A stretch of 64,000 nt of DNA, from positions 94,500 to 158,499 of the forward strand of contig JAEWMJ010000057.1 of assembly GCA_023393165.1 (NCBI GenBank). Reading direction: 5' to 3'. Positions within the stretch are counted from its first letter, which is position 1; the number at the start of each line of letters is the position of its first letter. A program made the position numbers and the translations under genes. This stretch comes from Bacillota bacterium. GTDB lineage: Bacteria > Bacillota > Clostridia > Christensenellales > Christensenellaceae. This document shows positions 26,791 to 35,688 of the stretch, piece after piece. Below the pieces are notes generated by a model, which saw only the letters and a list, made by a program, of their open reading frames with translations, was not told where the DNA came from and did not search any database.

Positions 26791-28574
26791 ATATCCCGCA
26801 TTTTTTCCGCAATCTCCTGCAGGTAGACCCATCTTTCCATTTGCCGCCCGAGCTCCTCTTCCAGTTGTTCCTTTTCCCCGTTCAGCTTTTGAAGCGCGAT
26901 GTAATCGGATGCGTTTTGGATGATTTCCCGTTCTTTATTCTCAAGCGCTTTCTCCAGTTCTTCGATCACCCGGTCTATCTTTTCATATTCAAGCTTTTCC
27001 GCATAGGTAAACTTCACCTTTGCGGGAGACGGGCTTTTTTTCTGTATTTTCTCCTCCGGCGGCTCCGCGCCTGACTTTTCCGTCCTTATTTGCCGGCGGA
27101 TGTTTTCGAAATAAGCCGAATAACCGCCCGTATACTGTTTCAGAACCCCGTCTTCTTCAAATATGAAAACGCGCTCGGCCACTTTATCGATAAAATACCT
27201 GTCATGGGATACAACCACCACAATGCCTTCAAAATTTTCTATATAATCCTCCAGCACAATCAGCGTTTCGATATCCAGATCATTGGTGGGCTCGTCCAGC
27301 AATAAAACATTGGGCGCGCGCATCAGTACCCGGAGCAGCGCAAGCCGCCTTCTCTCCCCGCCCGAGAGCTTTGCGACGGGACTGTACTGCATTTCTGATG
27401 TGAACAGGAATTTCTCCAGCATTTTTGTTGCGGAAACCGTACCCTCCGGCGTTTCTATATACTCCCCCGCATCGCGGACAACATCGATCACCCGCCTTGC
27501 AGAATCGCTCTCATGCAGTTCCTGGGTGTAATAGCCTATCCGGATGGTATCGCCCCGCTCGATTTTTCCGCTGTCCGGGCTTACGTTCCCTGCGATCATA
27601 TTGAGCAAAGTCGTTTTGCCTGTGCCGTTTGCCCCAATCAGCCCGACTCTGTCCCCGCGCGGGAACGTGTAGGAAAAGTTCCTGATCAATTCCCTGTCTC
27701 CGTAGCTTTTGGAGACGCCGCTTAATTCAATGGTTTTTTTGCCCATCCGCGTTTTGACGGATGAAAGGGACAACCCAGGTCCCTGCGCCGGTCCCTGCTT
27801 TTCAGAAAGCTCGTAAAACCGCTCCACCCTGGATTTATCCTTTGTTCCCCGCGCCCGGACGCCCCGCCGGATCCAGGCAAGCTCCTTTTTCAGGAGGCTT
27901 TGCCTTTTTCGTTCTGAAGCCAGCTCCATCTCTGTACGTTCCGCTTTTATCTCCAGATATCTGGAATAGTTCGCCTGGTACAGGAAAAGGTCCGCGCGGT
28001 CGATCTCCGCTATCTTGCCGGTCACCCTGTCCAGAAAGTAACGGTCGTGCGTCACCATTAAAAGCGCGCCTGAAAACCTTTTTAAATAATCCTCCAGCCA
28101 TGCCGCCATATTTCCGTCAATATGGTTGGTGGGTTCGTCCAATATCAGCAGATCGCAGGGACGTATCAAAGCGCCCGCAATGGCCAACCTGCGGCGCTGC
28201 CCTCCCGAGAGCAGCGATATATCCGAATCAAAATCATAGATGCCAAGCCTGGTCAGTATGGTTTTTGCTTCGTATTCGCCCGCGTCCTTCCATTCGGACG
28301 GCGCGCCCGAAAAAACCTGCTCAAGCACCGTCATTCCGGGTTCAAATACAGGATTCTGAGGCAGATAACCGATCTGCATGCCCGGAGTTTTTGCAATCAC
28401 GCCCTCGTCAGGTTCCTCCACACCGGCAATTATTTTAAGGAGCGTCGATTTGCCCGTACCGTTGACGCCTATCACGCCGATCTTATCTTTTTTTTCTATA
28501 TAAAGGGTTATATTTTGCAAAGCGGCCTTCAGGCCGTAGCTTTTTTTGATGCCTTCGGCAGATAATAAAGCCAA
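26778..28574 (-). CDS. ABC-F family ATPase (two ABC cassettes, no TM domain)
   Basis: Walker A GVNGTGKST and GANGTGKTT. Signatures LSGGQRRR and LSGGERRR. Walker B LLILDEPTNHID and LLLDEPTNDLD. Coiled-coil C-terminus. Confidence 0.9.
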   Translation of the reverse strand: MALLSAEGIKKSYGLKAALQNITLYIEKKDKIGVIGVNGTGKSTLLKIIAGVEEPDEGVIAKTPGMQIGYLPQNPVFEPGMTVLEQVFSGAPSEWKDAGEYEAKTILTRLGIYDFDSDISLLSGGQRRRLAIAGALIRPCDLLILDEPTNHIDGNMAAWLEDYLKRFSGALLMVTHDRYFLDRVTGKIAEIDRADLFLYQANYSRYLEIKAERTEMELASERKRQSLLKKELAWIRRGVRARGTKDKSRVERFYELSEKQGPAQGPGLSLSSVKTRMGKKTIELSGVSKSYGDRELIRNFSYTFPRGDRVGLIGANGTGKTTLLNMIAGNVSPDSGKIERGDTIRIGYYTQELHESDSARRVIDVVRDAGEYIETPEGTVSATKMLEKFLFTSEMQYSPVAKLSGGERRRLALLRVLMRAPNVLLLDEPTNDLDIETLIVLEDYIENFEGIVVVVSHDRYFIDKVAERVFIFEEDGVLKQYTGGYSAYFENIRRQIRTEKSGAEPPEEKIQKKSPSPAKVKFTYAEKLEYEKIDRVIEELEKALENKEREIIQNASDYIALQKLNGEKEQLEEELGRQMERWVYLQEIAEKMRDISGG

Positions 28575-28588
28575 TAATGTTCCCCCGT

Positions 28589-28789
28589 TTACTCAGTTAT
28601 GATATTCTTGACTCTCCCCACGGCGTCTCCCTCAACGAGCATCACCTTGATGCCGTGCGGATGAAAACTGCTGTTTGTAAGTATCTTTTTTACATGGCCG
28701 CGGGTAAGAATCCCTGTCCTCTGGTCCTTTTTCAACACAATATCTACCAGGGCGTTTATTTTGATATCCGCCCGTACCTGTCCGTTCAT
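28589..28789 (-). CDS. YwbE-family small protein
   Basis: 66 aa. The segment VDIVLKKDQRTGILTRGHVKKILTNSSFHPHGIKVMLVEG matches my recollection of the YwbE/DUF2196 family. Confidence 0.65.
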   Translation of the reverse strand: MNGQVRADIKINALVDIVLKKDQRTGILTRGHVKKILTNSSFHPHGIKVMLVEGDAVGRVKNIITE

Positions 28790-29099
28790 GCTTTACCTCC
28801 CACGCAAATACCCTATCCATAGTAGCATACCCATAATACGGGCCGCCGTCAATAATTTCTGTTTTCAATGTCGCCTTTCGCTGCAAAACCCTGCGGTTTA
28901 ACAAAATCTTAATACGCTATTCGAGGAATTCGCCTTGACAAGCGGTTCCTTAAGTTTTACACTTAATCTATGAATTGCTAAATTTTACGCAATATGCTTT
29001 TTTACTCTATTTTATGCGTATTTGATTGCTCAGAAATTGAAAAAGAGAAAGTCTGTCTTTTATCAATCTATTTGGTGTACGTTTTTAGGGTGGGTAATA

Positions 29100-30814
29100 T
29101 GAATCTGAATCATACAGATGAAACTTTGACCGGAATCATGACGGACATCTTGGAATCCGACAATTATGATATCATTAAAATATTTTGCATAGACCCGCAA
29201 ATCAAGTCCGTTTACGAATCCAATTCAATAGACCGGTCGGGCGCCGTTTCGGATGCGGATGCTTTTTCATACGGAAGATTGGAACCGGTTATCTTATTGT
29301 TGTCATCGCAAAGGGACACGGTTGTTTTTGACAAAGATAAAACCCTTTACGGCAACGTATTTTATCACAAACTAAACAAACAACTTATGAGAGAAATTTT
29401 TGTTCCGGTCTTTGACTATAATTCCGAGGTGGTCGGCTTTATATATCTGGCAAAAAAGGACGGCGGCCCGGTTGACCTTTCGCATCAGAAGTATTTAAAT
29501 AAAATGAATCAGCTGATCCATTTGATAGAAAAAAATATTTTCAGCTTTAAAATTAACGAAAGCCTGTTTGACACGGTATTATTGATGTGCGAGATCATTA
29601 ACGCGAAAGAACCCTATCTGATCGGCAACCTTTACGCAATATGCCATTGGGCCGTTAAAATAGCAAAATATCTGAACCTTCCGGCAAAAGACATACAAAA
29701 GCTGCAGCTGGTAACGCTGATGCACGATCTTGGGAAGATATACATTGATGACAGAATCCTGAATAAAAAAGGAAAATTGACCTCGCAGGAATACGAAATC
29801 ATGAAAACGCGCGTCATTCACAGCTACGAGATCGCTTTAAAGCTGGCCCAGTTATACGAACTGGAAGACATTCCGCAAATCATACTGAGCTACCAGGAAC
29901 GGATCGACGGAAACGGTTATCCGAACGGCATTATGGGGCAAGACATACCTGTGTTAAGCAAAATTCTTCTGGTGGCCAAAGCCCTTGTATCGATGCTCAC
30001 CAACAAGCAATACAGAAATGCCAAACCGATCGACGAAATCATTAATGAATTCAAGATCTATTCCAATACCCAATTTGACGCCGATGTCGCCGAAGCCGCC
30101 ATACTTTTGCTTATATACGAAAAAGACGAATATAACGACTGTTTTGAAGGAATAGGCAATTATGTAACAATGAATATCACCCTGAAAAGCCATGATCCGG
30201 AAGTCATTACCATGTGGGGCAATATTCGAAAAACCGGCAATTCGTATGTTTTCTCTTCAGTAGGAAGAATACCCGACTTTAAAATCAGCCAGGTCGCAGG
30301 ATGCGATATCTATCTGAACATCAACGAAAGAATTTATCACTTCAAACCGGTTTTGCAAAACATCACTTTTAATAAAATTCTGATATCGGATATAGAGATA
30401 CAAAATGAGGATAAATCGGTTTCAATAAAATGGTTTTTGGAAGGAAATTTTATACCAAGAACAAGAAGCCCGTTTAAGATATTCATCAATTTATTCGGCG
30501 GCGATTTTCTTGACTTTTATGTTTTTGATGCCGAAGTTCCCGAACCCATTACGAATGGGATCATTCAGATCAGCTTAAGCGACGGCAAGGATACCAATCT
30601 GCCCGGCGTAATCGTTTTTAGGCAACAGTTGGAAGACAAAGTTTTTTATAGATTTAAATACGCCAATGTTTCGAATTCGGTCAGCAGGGAAGTGTTTTCG
30701 AGTATTTTCAGGAAGCAGCTTGAGATCCGGAATCTCATTAAAGACACAAATTATTTTAAAACGGCCGCTCCATACGCCTCCAGGAAACGCAGGCAGGATT
30801 TCCTGAATGTTTGA
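29100..30814 (+). CDS. HD-GYP domain protein with GAF-like N-terminal region and ~200-aa uncharacterised C-terminal extension
   Basis: I prefer the start at ATG 29100 (GGGTGGG RBS) over 28994. HD-GYP motifs HDLGKIYIDD and YQERIDGNGYPNG. Confidence 0.8.
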
Positions 30815-30817
30815 AAA

Positions 30818-31558
30818 TCAGCGGACAACTGCCGAATAATTTCCGGAAAACGGGCTTTTGCGCAGAGCAAGCGAAAAAAGGTAAGGATACTTTTCATTTA
30901 AATGTTTCATATAAAATATCCATTCCACCACAAGCAAACGGTATGCCCGTTCGATATCGCCGGACAAATGGTCCAGGTCCGTCCCCGGAAGAGAAGAAAA
31001 ATCCTCTCTGTTTTTAAATTCGTCCATCACATGGTAAACCGCCCAAAGCATGGATGTAAACCGGTTGTTTTCCAGAAGGTTCGGATTCTGGAACATGCCG
31101 AGGATCATGTCTTTCTTTCCGTATAAAAAATCACTTGTTTCCATAAGATTTCCGGCGCGGCTGTCCGCATGAAAGGGATAACGCATCACGGCGTCCGCCG
31201 CGCTCTTAAAATCCCCGGAGGCGTATGCCCCGCTGATTTGGAGCCGGTCCAAAATCCCTTCCGGATTGGTTATAAACGGATTCATACGGCGGATGGCTTC
31301 CGACCCGAGTTCGCTGAAAAACGCGCTTACCACAATGTTGATTTCATCCAGCCTCTCCCGTTTTTCCCGCGCCTTCATGATTCCGTCCAATATCAGCGTA
31401 ACAAACAATACCTGCAGGGGCAGAAACGCCAGATCCTGAAAAAAGTAAAATCCCGACTGGTCCGGCCGGTGGAATATGGTGATCTGCAGCCAGTAGAATA
31501 ATATTGAAAAGCCGGTTAAGACAGCCGCAACCGCAAGTTTTCCAAATGGTTTCTTCAA
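30818..31558 (-). CDS. Hypothetical membrane protein (two N-terminal TM helices plus cytoplasmic domain)
   Basis: LAVAAVLTGFSILFYWL and LAFLPLQVLFVTLILDGI helices. No recognisable motif. Convergent with the HD-GYP gene at 3-nt spacing. Confidence 0.55.
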   Translation of the reverse strand: MKKPFGKLAVAAVLTGFSILFYWLQITIFHRPDQSGFYFFQDLAFLPLQVLFVTLILDGIMKAREKRERLDEINIVVSAFFSELGSEAIRRMNPFITNPEGILDRLQISGAYASGDFKSAADAVMRYPFHADSRAGNLMETSDFLYGKKDMILGMFQNPNLLENNRFTSMLWAVYHVMDEFKNREDFSSLPGTDLDHLSGDIERAYRLLVVEWIFYMKHLNEKYPYLFSLALRKSPFSGNYSAVVR

Positions 31559-31580
31559 GCAGTTTTCCTCCGCAACAAAT

Positions 31581-32402
31581 CTATTCGCCCGTATTCCATG
31601 TCCTGATATATTCGAGTCCGCCTACCGCACGCATGCTTTCCATATATTCCCATTTGCCGGGCAGGCGGAGGCTCTCCGCCATCAGCTCAAAGTGGCACAT
31701 GGCTATGCCGATGTCGTTTTTCTGTACGTCTATGGGCAGCGCGTCTCCGTAGCCTTTGTTGCGCTTCAGGCAGAAATGAAACCCGTTTTGGTCCGCAATC
31801 AACCTCCAGGGCTGTTTGTTTGATGCGGACGGCGCGAGCCTGACCATTTCGAGCGGAAGCGCAAAGTCCCCAGCCGCAGCCTGCGTCAGCGGAACGCCGG
31901 GCTTTCCGTCAAAGAAAAGCTCTTCCCAGGGTTTTCGCTTATCCGCACTCACAACACGCCGCACAAGTCCTTCTTTGAAACCGATATTCTTCGCGTATCC
32001 AACCGGGGAAGCCACGGCAACCAGTTCGTCCGGAGCAAGGCCGACCATCTGGTCAAGCAGTTTGCGGTTGATCCCCGCAAGCCAGCAGGTGCCCAGTCCC
32101 AGACCGGTTGCAAAAAGGATGATTTTTTCAAATTCAAAGCCGAAGTCCGTAATATCGCCGTTTTTATTCATGATCCCGACAACATAGTTTTGAGCCCCGG
32201 CTATCATCCCGTAGCTGCCCACCTTTCCATTCGTGTCCTTCTGTTCAAGATATACGAAACGGAAATTGCTGTTTTTTTGATTGCACTCTTCTAAAAAAGC
32301 TTTCAGCTTTTCCAGTTTCGGCGCTTCTATCGCCTTGTCTCCGTAAGCCCGGCAGGACCTGCGTTCTCTGATTATTTTCTCCAGCGGTTTTTCCCATTCC
32401 AT
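31581..32402 (-). CDS. Nitroreductase-family protein
   Basis: N-terminal IIRERRSCRAY motif and a SASNKQPWR segment. 273 aa. Confidence 0.7.
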   Translation of the reverse strand: MEWEKPLEKIIRERRSCRAYGDKAIEAPKLEKLKAFLEECNQKNSNFRFVYLEQKDTNGKVGSYGMIAGAQNYVVGIMNKNGDITDFGFEFEKIILFATGLGLGTCWLAGINRKLLDQMVGLAPDELVAVASPVGYAKNIGFKEGLVRRVVSADKRKPWEELFFDGKPGVPLTQAAAGDFALPLEMVRLAPSASNKQPWRLIADQNGFHFCLKRNKGYGDALPIDVQKNDIGIAMCHFELMAESLRLPGKWEYMESMRAVGGLEYIRTWNTGE

Positions 32403-32569
32403 TGATCAATACCTCTCCTTCAGAAATATTTTAAACAAAACTCTACACTCTAAAAACAATTATTTATATTGATGATACACCCATATAATACCGCTTACAA
32501 TAATACTTTATCAATCTGCCGATAAAAAAAACGCCCGGATACCGGACGCTTTTTAGGGTGTGTATAAAT

Positions 32570-33649
32570 TTATTTATTTTTATTTCCATTGTTGCCTTTA
32601 TCGTTATTCTGTTGGCCGTTGCCCTTTTCAGAAGTATCATTCTGTTTATCCTTATTGGAATTGGCATTGGCGGTTTCAGACGGGGCGCTGCCTGCGGATT
32701 GAGTTGCGCTGGCTGTAGGCGCCGCAGCCTCACCGGAAGAGTTTTTGCCTTTGTCCTTATCTTTATCCTTTTCCTTCCCGTTAACCGCGCTCTCCGAAGG
32801 CTGGCTTTGCGTCTGCAGATTCTGCTGCTGATCTCCAGTAGCGGGGGATCCTGTTGGCGCAGCCTCATTTTCATCGCCGGTATCGGTAGTTCTGTTCAAC
32901 TTGTCTTCTTTTTTGTTTTCTTTTATTTGCTTCATGATGTCCTTCACAGGACGGTCAATCCAATCTGTTATCACAATGCTGTCCGGATCATCCGTACTTG
33001 CCTGCAGCTTTTCAATCAGATTCAGCTTGCCCGGCGTCACTTCCAGGCCTTGTGCTTCCAATTCCTGTGCTTCCAGTACGCGCTCGCGTCCAACGCCCAT
33101 AATCTCAAGATCGGCCTGAACGCCGTCTTGATTCAACTGGTCCTGCGCTCCGTCCTGGATCGCATCCTGCAATTCTCCGGATTTATCTTCATTTTCGCTG
33201 TACGTTGCGATCACAACGCCGCCCTGCCCGTCGTCCATAAAAAATCCTTCGTTGCTGATTTCATTCAGGGTCTCGCGCACCGCATCATTGATATTCTTGC
33301 CTTTCAGCTCAATATTCGAAAGAACCTTTTTTCCGTCTTCATTTATACCGTCCGCTTTCAGCACTTTATCAAAACGGTTTACCGTATAGGCTATGGACGG
33401 ATTTACATCCAGGCTTACATAGGAATACGGATCATTGTAGGCATACGCCGTTGCCCCTGCAGTGGATACAACGGCTGCCACAACAACTGCCATTGCCACC
33501 ATTTTCTGTTTAAAACGATTGTTACTTTCATTTTTCAAGTATACCACCTGCCCGATCTCATAATTTTGATTTGCGACACGGACTATCGAACCGTCATCAT
33601 ACAGGGCGGCAGCATGTTTATTTTTAATTTCAACAATAACTGCTTTCAC
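32570..33649 (-). CDS. rsgI: Anti-sigma-I factor RsgI-like protein
   Basis: I prefer the GTG start at 33649, preceded by AGAGGAGA and lying 1 nt after the SigI stop. RsgI N-terminal domain KAVIVEIKNKHAAALYDDGSIVRVANQNYEIGQVVYL, one TM helix (MVAMAVVVAAVVSTAG), an extracytoplasmic domain and a K/D/N/Q-rich low-complexity tail. Confidence 0.75.
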   Translation of the reverse strand: MKAVIVEIKNKHAAALYDDGSIVRVANQNYEIGQVVYLKNESNNRFKQKMVAMAVVVAAVVSTAGATAYAYNDPYSYVSLDVNPSIAYTVNRFDKVLKADGINEDGKKVLSNIELKGKNINDAVRETLNEISNEGFFMDDGQGGVVIATYSENEDKSGELQDAIQDGAQDQLNQDGVQADLEIMGVGRERVLEAQELEAQGLEVTPGKLNLIEKLQASTDDPDSIVITDWIDRPVKDIMKQIKENKKEDKLNRTTDTGDENEAAPTGSPATGDQQQNLQTQSQPSESAVNGKEKDKDKDKGKNSSGEAAAPTASATQSAGSAPSETANANSNKDKQNDTSEKGNGQQNNDKGNNGNKNK

Positions 33650-33650
33650 T

Positions 33651-34370
33651 TTACGTCTCCTCTCTGATGAACCGCATATACTCCGCCAGGTAGGGATAAT
33701 CGCCGGCAAGAATCTCTACCGCCGCTATTATATATTTTCGGTGGTTCTCAAGTAATTTTCGGGGTATATCCGTATTCTTATGAATGACCTTTATTGGAAG
33801 TAATTTGGAAGCTTTTAATTGTTCCAGTATAATCGGATTTTTCAAAATAAACCGGACCGCTTTCGCGCAGGCGGCTTTTGTCTTATATGATTTAGGGGAA
33901 CAAGCGGTAAGATCGAAAAAAGAAAACCCATACGTGCCGAATGCTTCGTTAGCACTGTCTATTTCATAACAAAGATTTTTTTGATCTTCCCCGTCAGACG
34001 ATGCAATTCTTCCCGTAATCTCGTTCTTTATACTTGCAGTGTTTTCCTCAGCCTCTCCGTCGCCGAAAAGTCCCGGGTCAACCGAAAACTCAGCTTCCTT
34101 CCGTTTTTGGGACCTTTTATAATCCGCGCATCTGCGTTTGATCACAAGCCCGGCAAAAGAAAGAAAAGAGCCTTTATCAATGGAATAGTCGAAAACAGCC
34201 TCGGAAAAAGCCGTAAGCGAAACAGACCATTCGTCATCCGTCCTGTAAACGAATTTGCCGGTACATTTAGACGCCGTTTTTAAAATAAATGGTTCAAACT
34301 GCCGGATAAAATCATCCAGCTTGATTTCGCCTCTGGCAGCAGAAACTGCCATTTGGTCAATATGCCTCAA
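33651..34370 (-). CDS. sigI: RNA polymerase sigma factor SigI
   Basis: 239 aa. The N-terminus FIRQFEPFILKTASKC...DDEWSVSLTAFSEAV and the RsgI partner immediately downstream are typical of SigI. Confidence 0.75.
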   Translation of the reverse strand: MRHIDQMAVSAARGEIKLDDFIRQFEPFILKTASKCTGKFVYRTDDEWSVSLTAFSEAVFDYSIDKGSFLSFAGLVIKRRCADYKRSQKRKEAEFSVDPGLFGDGEAEENTASIKNEITGRIASSDGEDQKNLCYEIDSANEAFGTYGFSFFDLTACSPKSYKTKAACAKAVRFILKNPIILEQLKASKLLPIKVIHKNTDIPRKLLENHRKYIIAAVEILAGDYPYLAEYMRFIREET

Positions 34371-34411
34371 GCTTTTTGCCTCTCCAGTTAGTAAATTGCA
34401 TTGCGGAAATG

Positions 34412-35167
34412 CTATCTTTCTTCTTTGTTTCTGATATAGTTATGGTGCGTGTTGGAATCGCCGATCTTGCGGGACTGAACTTCAAAAATTTTCAGGGACG
34501 CAATAAATGGCGTCAGCTTGGAATACCCGTAGTTTCTGGTATCAAAATCTGGGTACCTTCTGCTGAGCGTACTTCCCACGGCGCCAAGCCCTGCCCAGCC
34601 GTCCTCATCCGATATTTCGGTGACGATTGTCTGGATCGCTTTGATGATCTCCTTTTTGCTGGACATTCCGGCCTTTTGTCCGCCGTTCTTCTCGGTTTCT
34701 TCTACATGGTTTTTCGCAACGTTCGTGGTCGCCGATTCAAGCACTTCCAGGTATTTGAATTTTTCACAGGCCGCGATAAAAGGCGTGGGCGTTTTCTTCT
34801 CACCCATGCCGACAACATACATGCCGGCCTCGCGCAGACGGGCGGCAAGTTTTGTAAAATCCCCGTCGCTGGAAACAATGCAGAACCCGTCCACATTCTT
34901 GGAATACAGAATATCCATCGCGTCTATGATCAGCGCGGCGTCCGTGGAATTTTTACCGGTCGTATAATTATACTGCTGAATGGGGGTTATGGAAAAATTC
35001 AGAAGAACGTTTTTCCACGATGCAAGCTGCGGTTTTGTCCAATCCCCGTAAATTCTCTTATACGTCGGCGTCCCGTGATTGGATATCTCATCGAAAATAA
35101 ATTTTATATATTTGGACGATACATTATCGGCGTCAATCAAAACAGCGATATTCTTATCACTTTCCAT
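34412..35167 (-). CDS. NYN (LabA-like PIN) nuclease domain protein with C-terminal OST-HTH/LOTUS domain
   Basis: IAVLIDADNVS, YGDW and CIVSSDGDFTKLAARLRE (NYN acidic residues). C-terminal WAGLGAVGSTLSRRYPDFDTRNYGYSKLTPFI (LOTUS-like). Confidence 0.8.
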   Translation of the reverse strand: MESDKNIAVLIDADNVSSKYIKFIFDEISNHGTPTYKRIYGDWTKPQLASWKNVLLNFSITPIQQYNYTTGKNSTDAALIIDAMDILYSKNVDGFCIVSSDGDFTKLAARLREAGMYVVGMGEKKTPTPFIAACEKFKYLEVLESATTNVAKNHVEETEKNGGQKAGMSSKKEIIKAIQTIVTEISDEDGWAGLGAVGSTLSRRYPDFDTRNYGYSKLTPFIASLKIFEVQSRKIGDSNTHHNYIRNKEER

Positions 35168-35271
35168 TTATATTCTCCTTTTATCCGAATATTAAAATTA
35201 TAACATATTTTATCCAAAACATAAAACTTTTAAATAATTCCCCGTTCAGTTGATTTTTTCGGCATTTGATT

Positions 35272-35301
35272 GTAAAAAAAAAAAGAGAGCCTGTGCTCTC
35301 T
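35272..35301 (-). terminator. Rho-independent terminator
   Basis: Stem agagagc-ctgt-gctctct (7 bp) with a long T run on the minus strand, just downstream of the stop at 35310. Confidence 0.7.
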
Positions 35302-35309
35302 TTTAAATT

Positions 35310-35492
35310 CTACCATCTGTTGGATGAATTTCTGTTTCCATAATTGTTTCTCTGCTGTTTTCTTGCTTTTCTGCAAGCAGGGCATCTTTGCGGTTCGTTT
35401 TCAAAACCTTTTTCTTTGTAGAATGCCTGCTCGTTTTCGGTGAAAATGAATTCAGCGTTGCAGTCTTTGCATATTAACGTTTTGTCTGCCAT
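35310..35492 (-). CDS. Small zinc-ribbon protein (60 aa)
   Basis: CKDC-x26-CPAC with a basic tail. Strong RBS AAGGAGG. Confidence 0.75.
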   Translation of the reverse strand: MADKTLICKDCNAEFIFTENEQAFYKEKGFENEPQRCPACRKARKQQRNNYGNRNSSNRW

Positions 35493-35613
35493 AAAAAAAT
35501 ACCTCCTTAATTATTCGATTTAACAGGTTCTTGACATATCTCTCAAATAACTTGGAAGAGTATTTTGGAAGAGGCAAAAACATATTAAAACCACAGCTTT
35601 TAGCTGCATGTCC

Positions 35614-35641
35614 ATTATAGCACAACCTGCAATAAATGCAA
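35614..35641 (-). promoter_or_regulatory. Extended -10 promoter of the small zinc-ribbon gene
   Basis: Minus strand reads TTGCAT (35641-35636), a 16-nt spacer ending in TGC, then TATAAT (35619-35614). This leaves a ~115-nt leader. Confidence 0.5.
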
Positions 35642-35655
35642 GCATTAATACAAAA

Positions 35656-35677
35656 GACGCGCATAAGCGCGTTTTTT
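35656..35677. terminator. Terminator hairpin after the PadR-HAAS operon (possibly bidirectional)
   Basis: acgcgc-ataa-gcgcgt stem flanked by A and T runs, 12 nt beyond the stop at 35689. Confidence 0.55.
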
Positions 35678-35688
35678 AGATATTCTTT

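Noticed and set aside
26778-28574. ABC-F protein as an antibiotic-resistance (ARE) determinant
   Set aside because: Its domain order fits the whole ABC-F family, including housekeeping members. Without a phylogeny or an analysis of the linker (ARD) region, I cannot support a resistance call.
28994-29099. N-terminal extensions offered by the ORF track for several genes: 28994 for the HD-GYP gene, 3052 for the Cys-rich protein, 55456 for the permease, 37159 for PadR, 57371 for RpiR, 33709 for RsgI and 41134 for the small ORF
   Set aside because: In each case an internal start has a good Shine-Dalgarno sequence and removes an implausible overlap with the upstream gene or promoter. The extension residues also look non-protein-like.
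32558-33667. 369-aa + strand ORF antisense to the RsgI-like gene
   Set aside because: It has a low-complexity, Cys/His/Phe/Ile-rich translation with no motifs. The minus-strand product has a recognisable RsgI N-terminal domain and its start lies 1 nt after the SigI stop. The same reasoning rejects other long antisense ORFs: 5396..6019 (-), 10866..11666 (+), 21648..22178 (+), 25315..25875 (+), 27761..28438 (+), 34376..35203 (+), 55840..56571 (+) and 60463..60858 (+).
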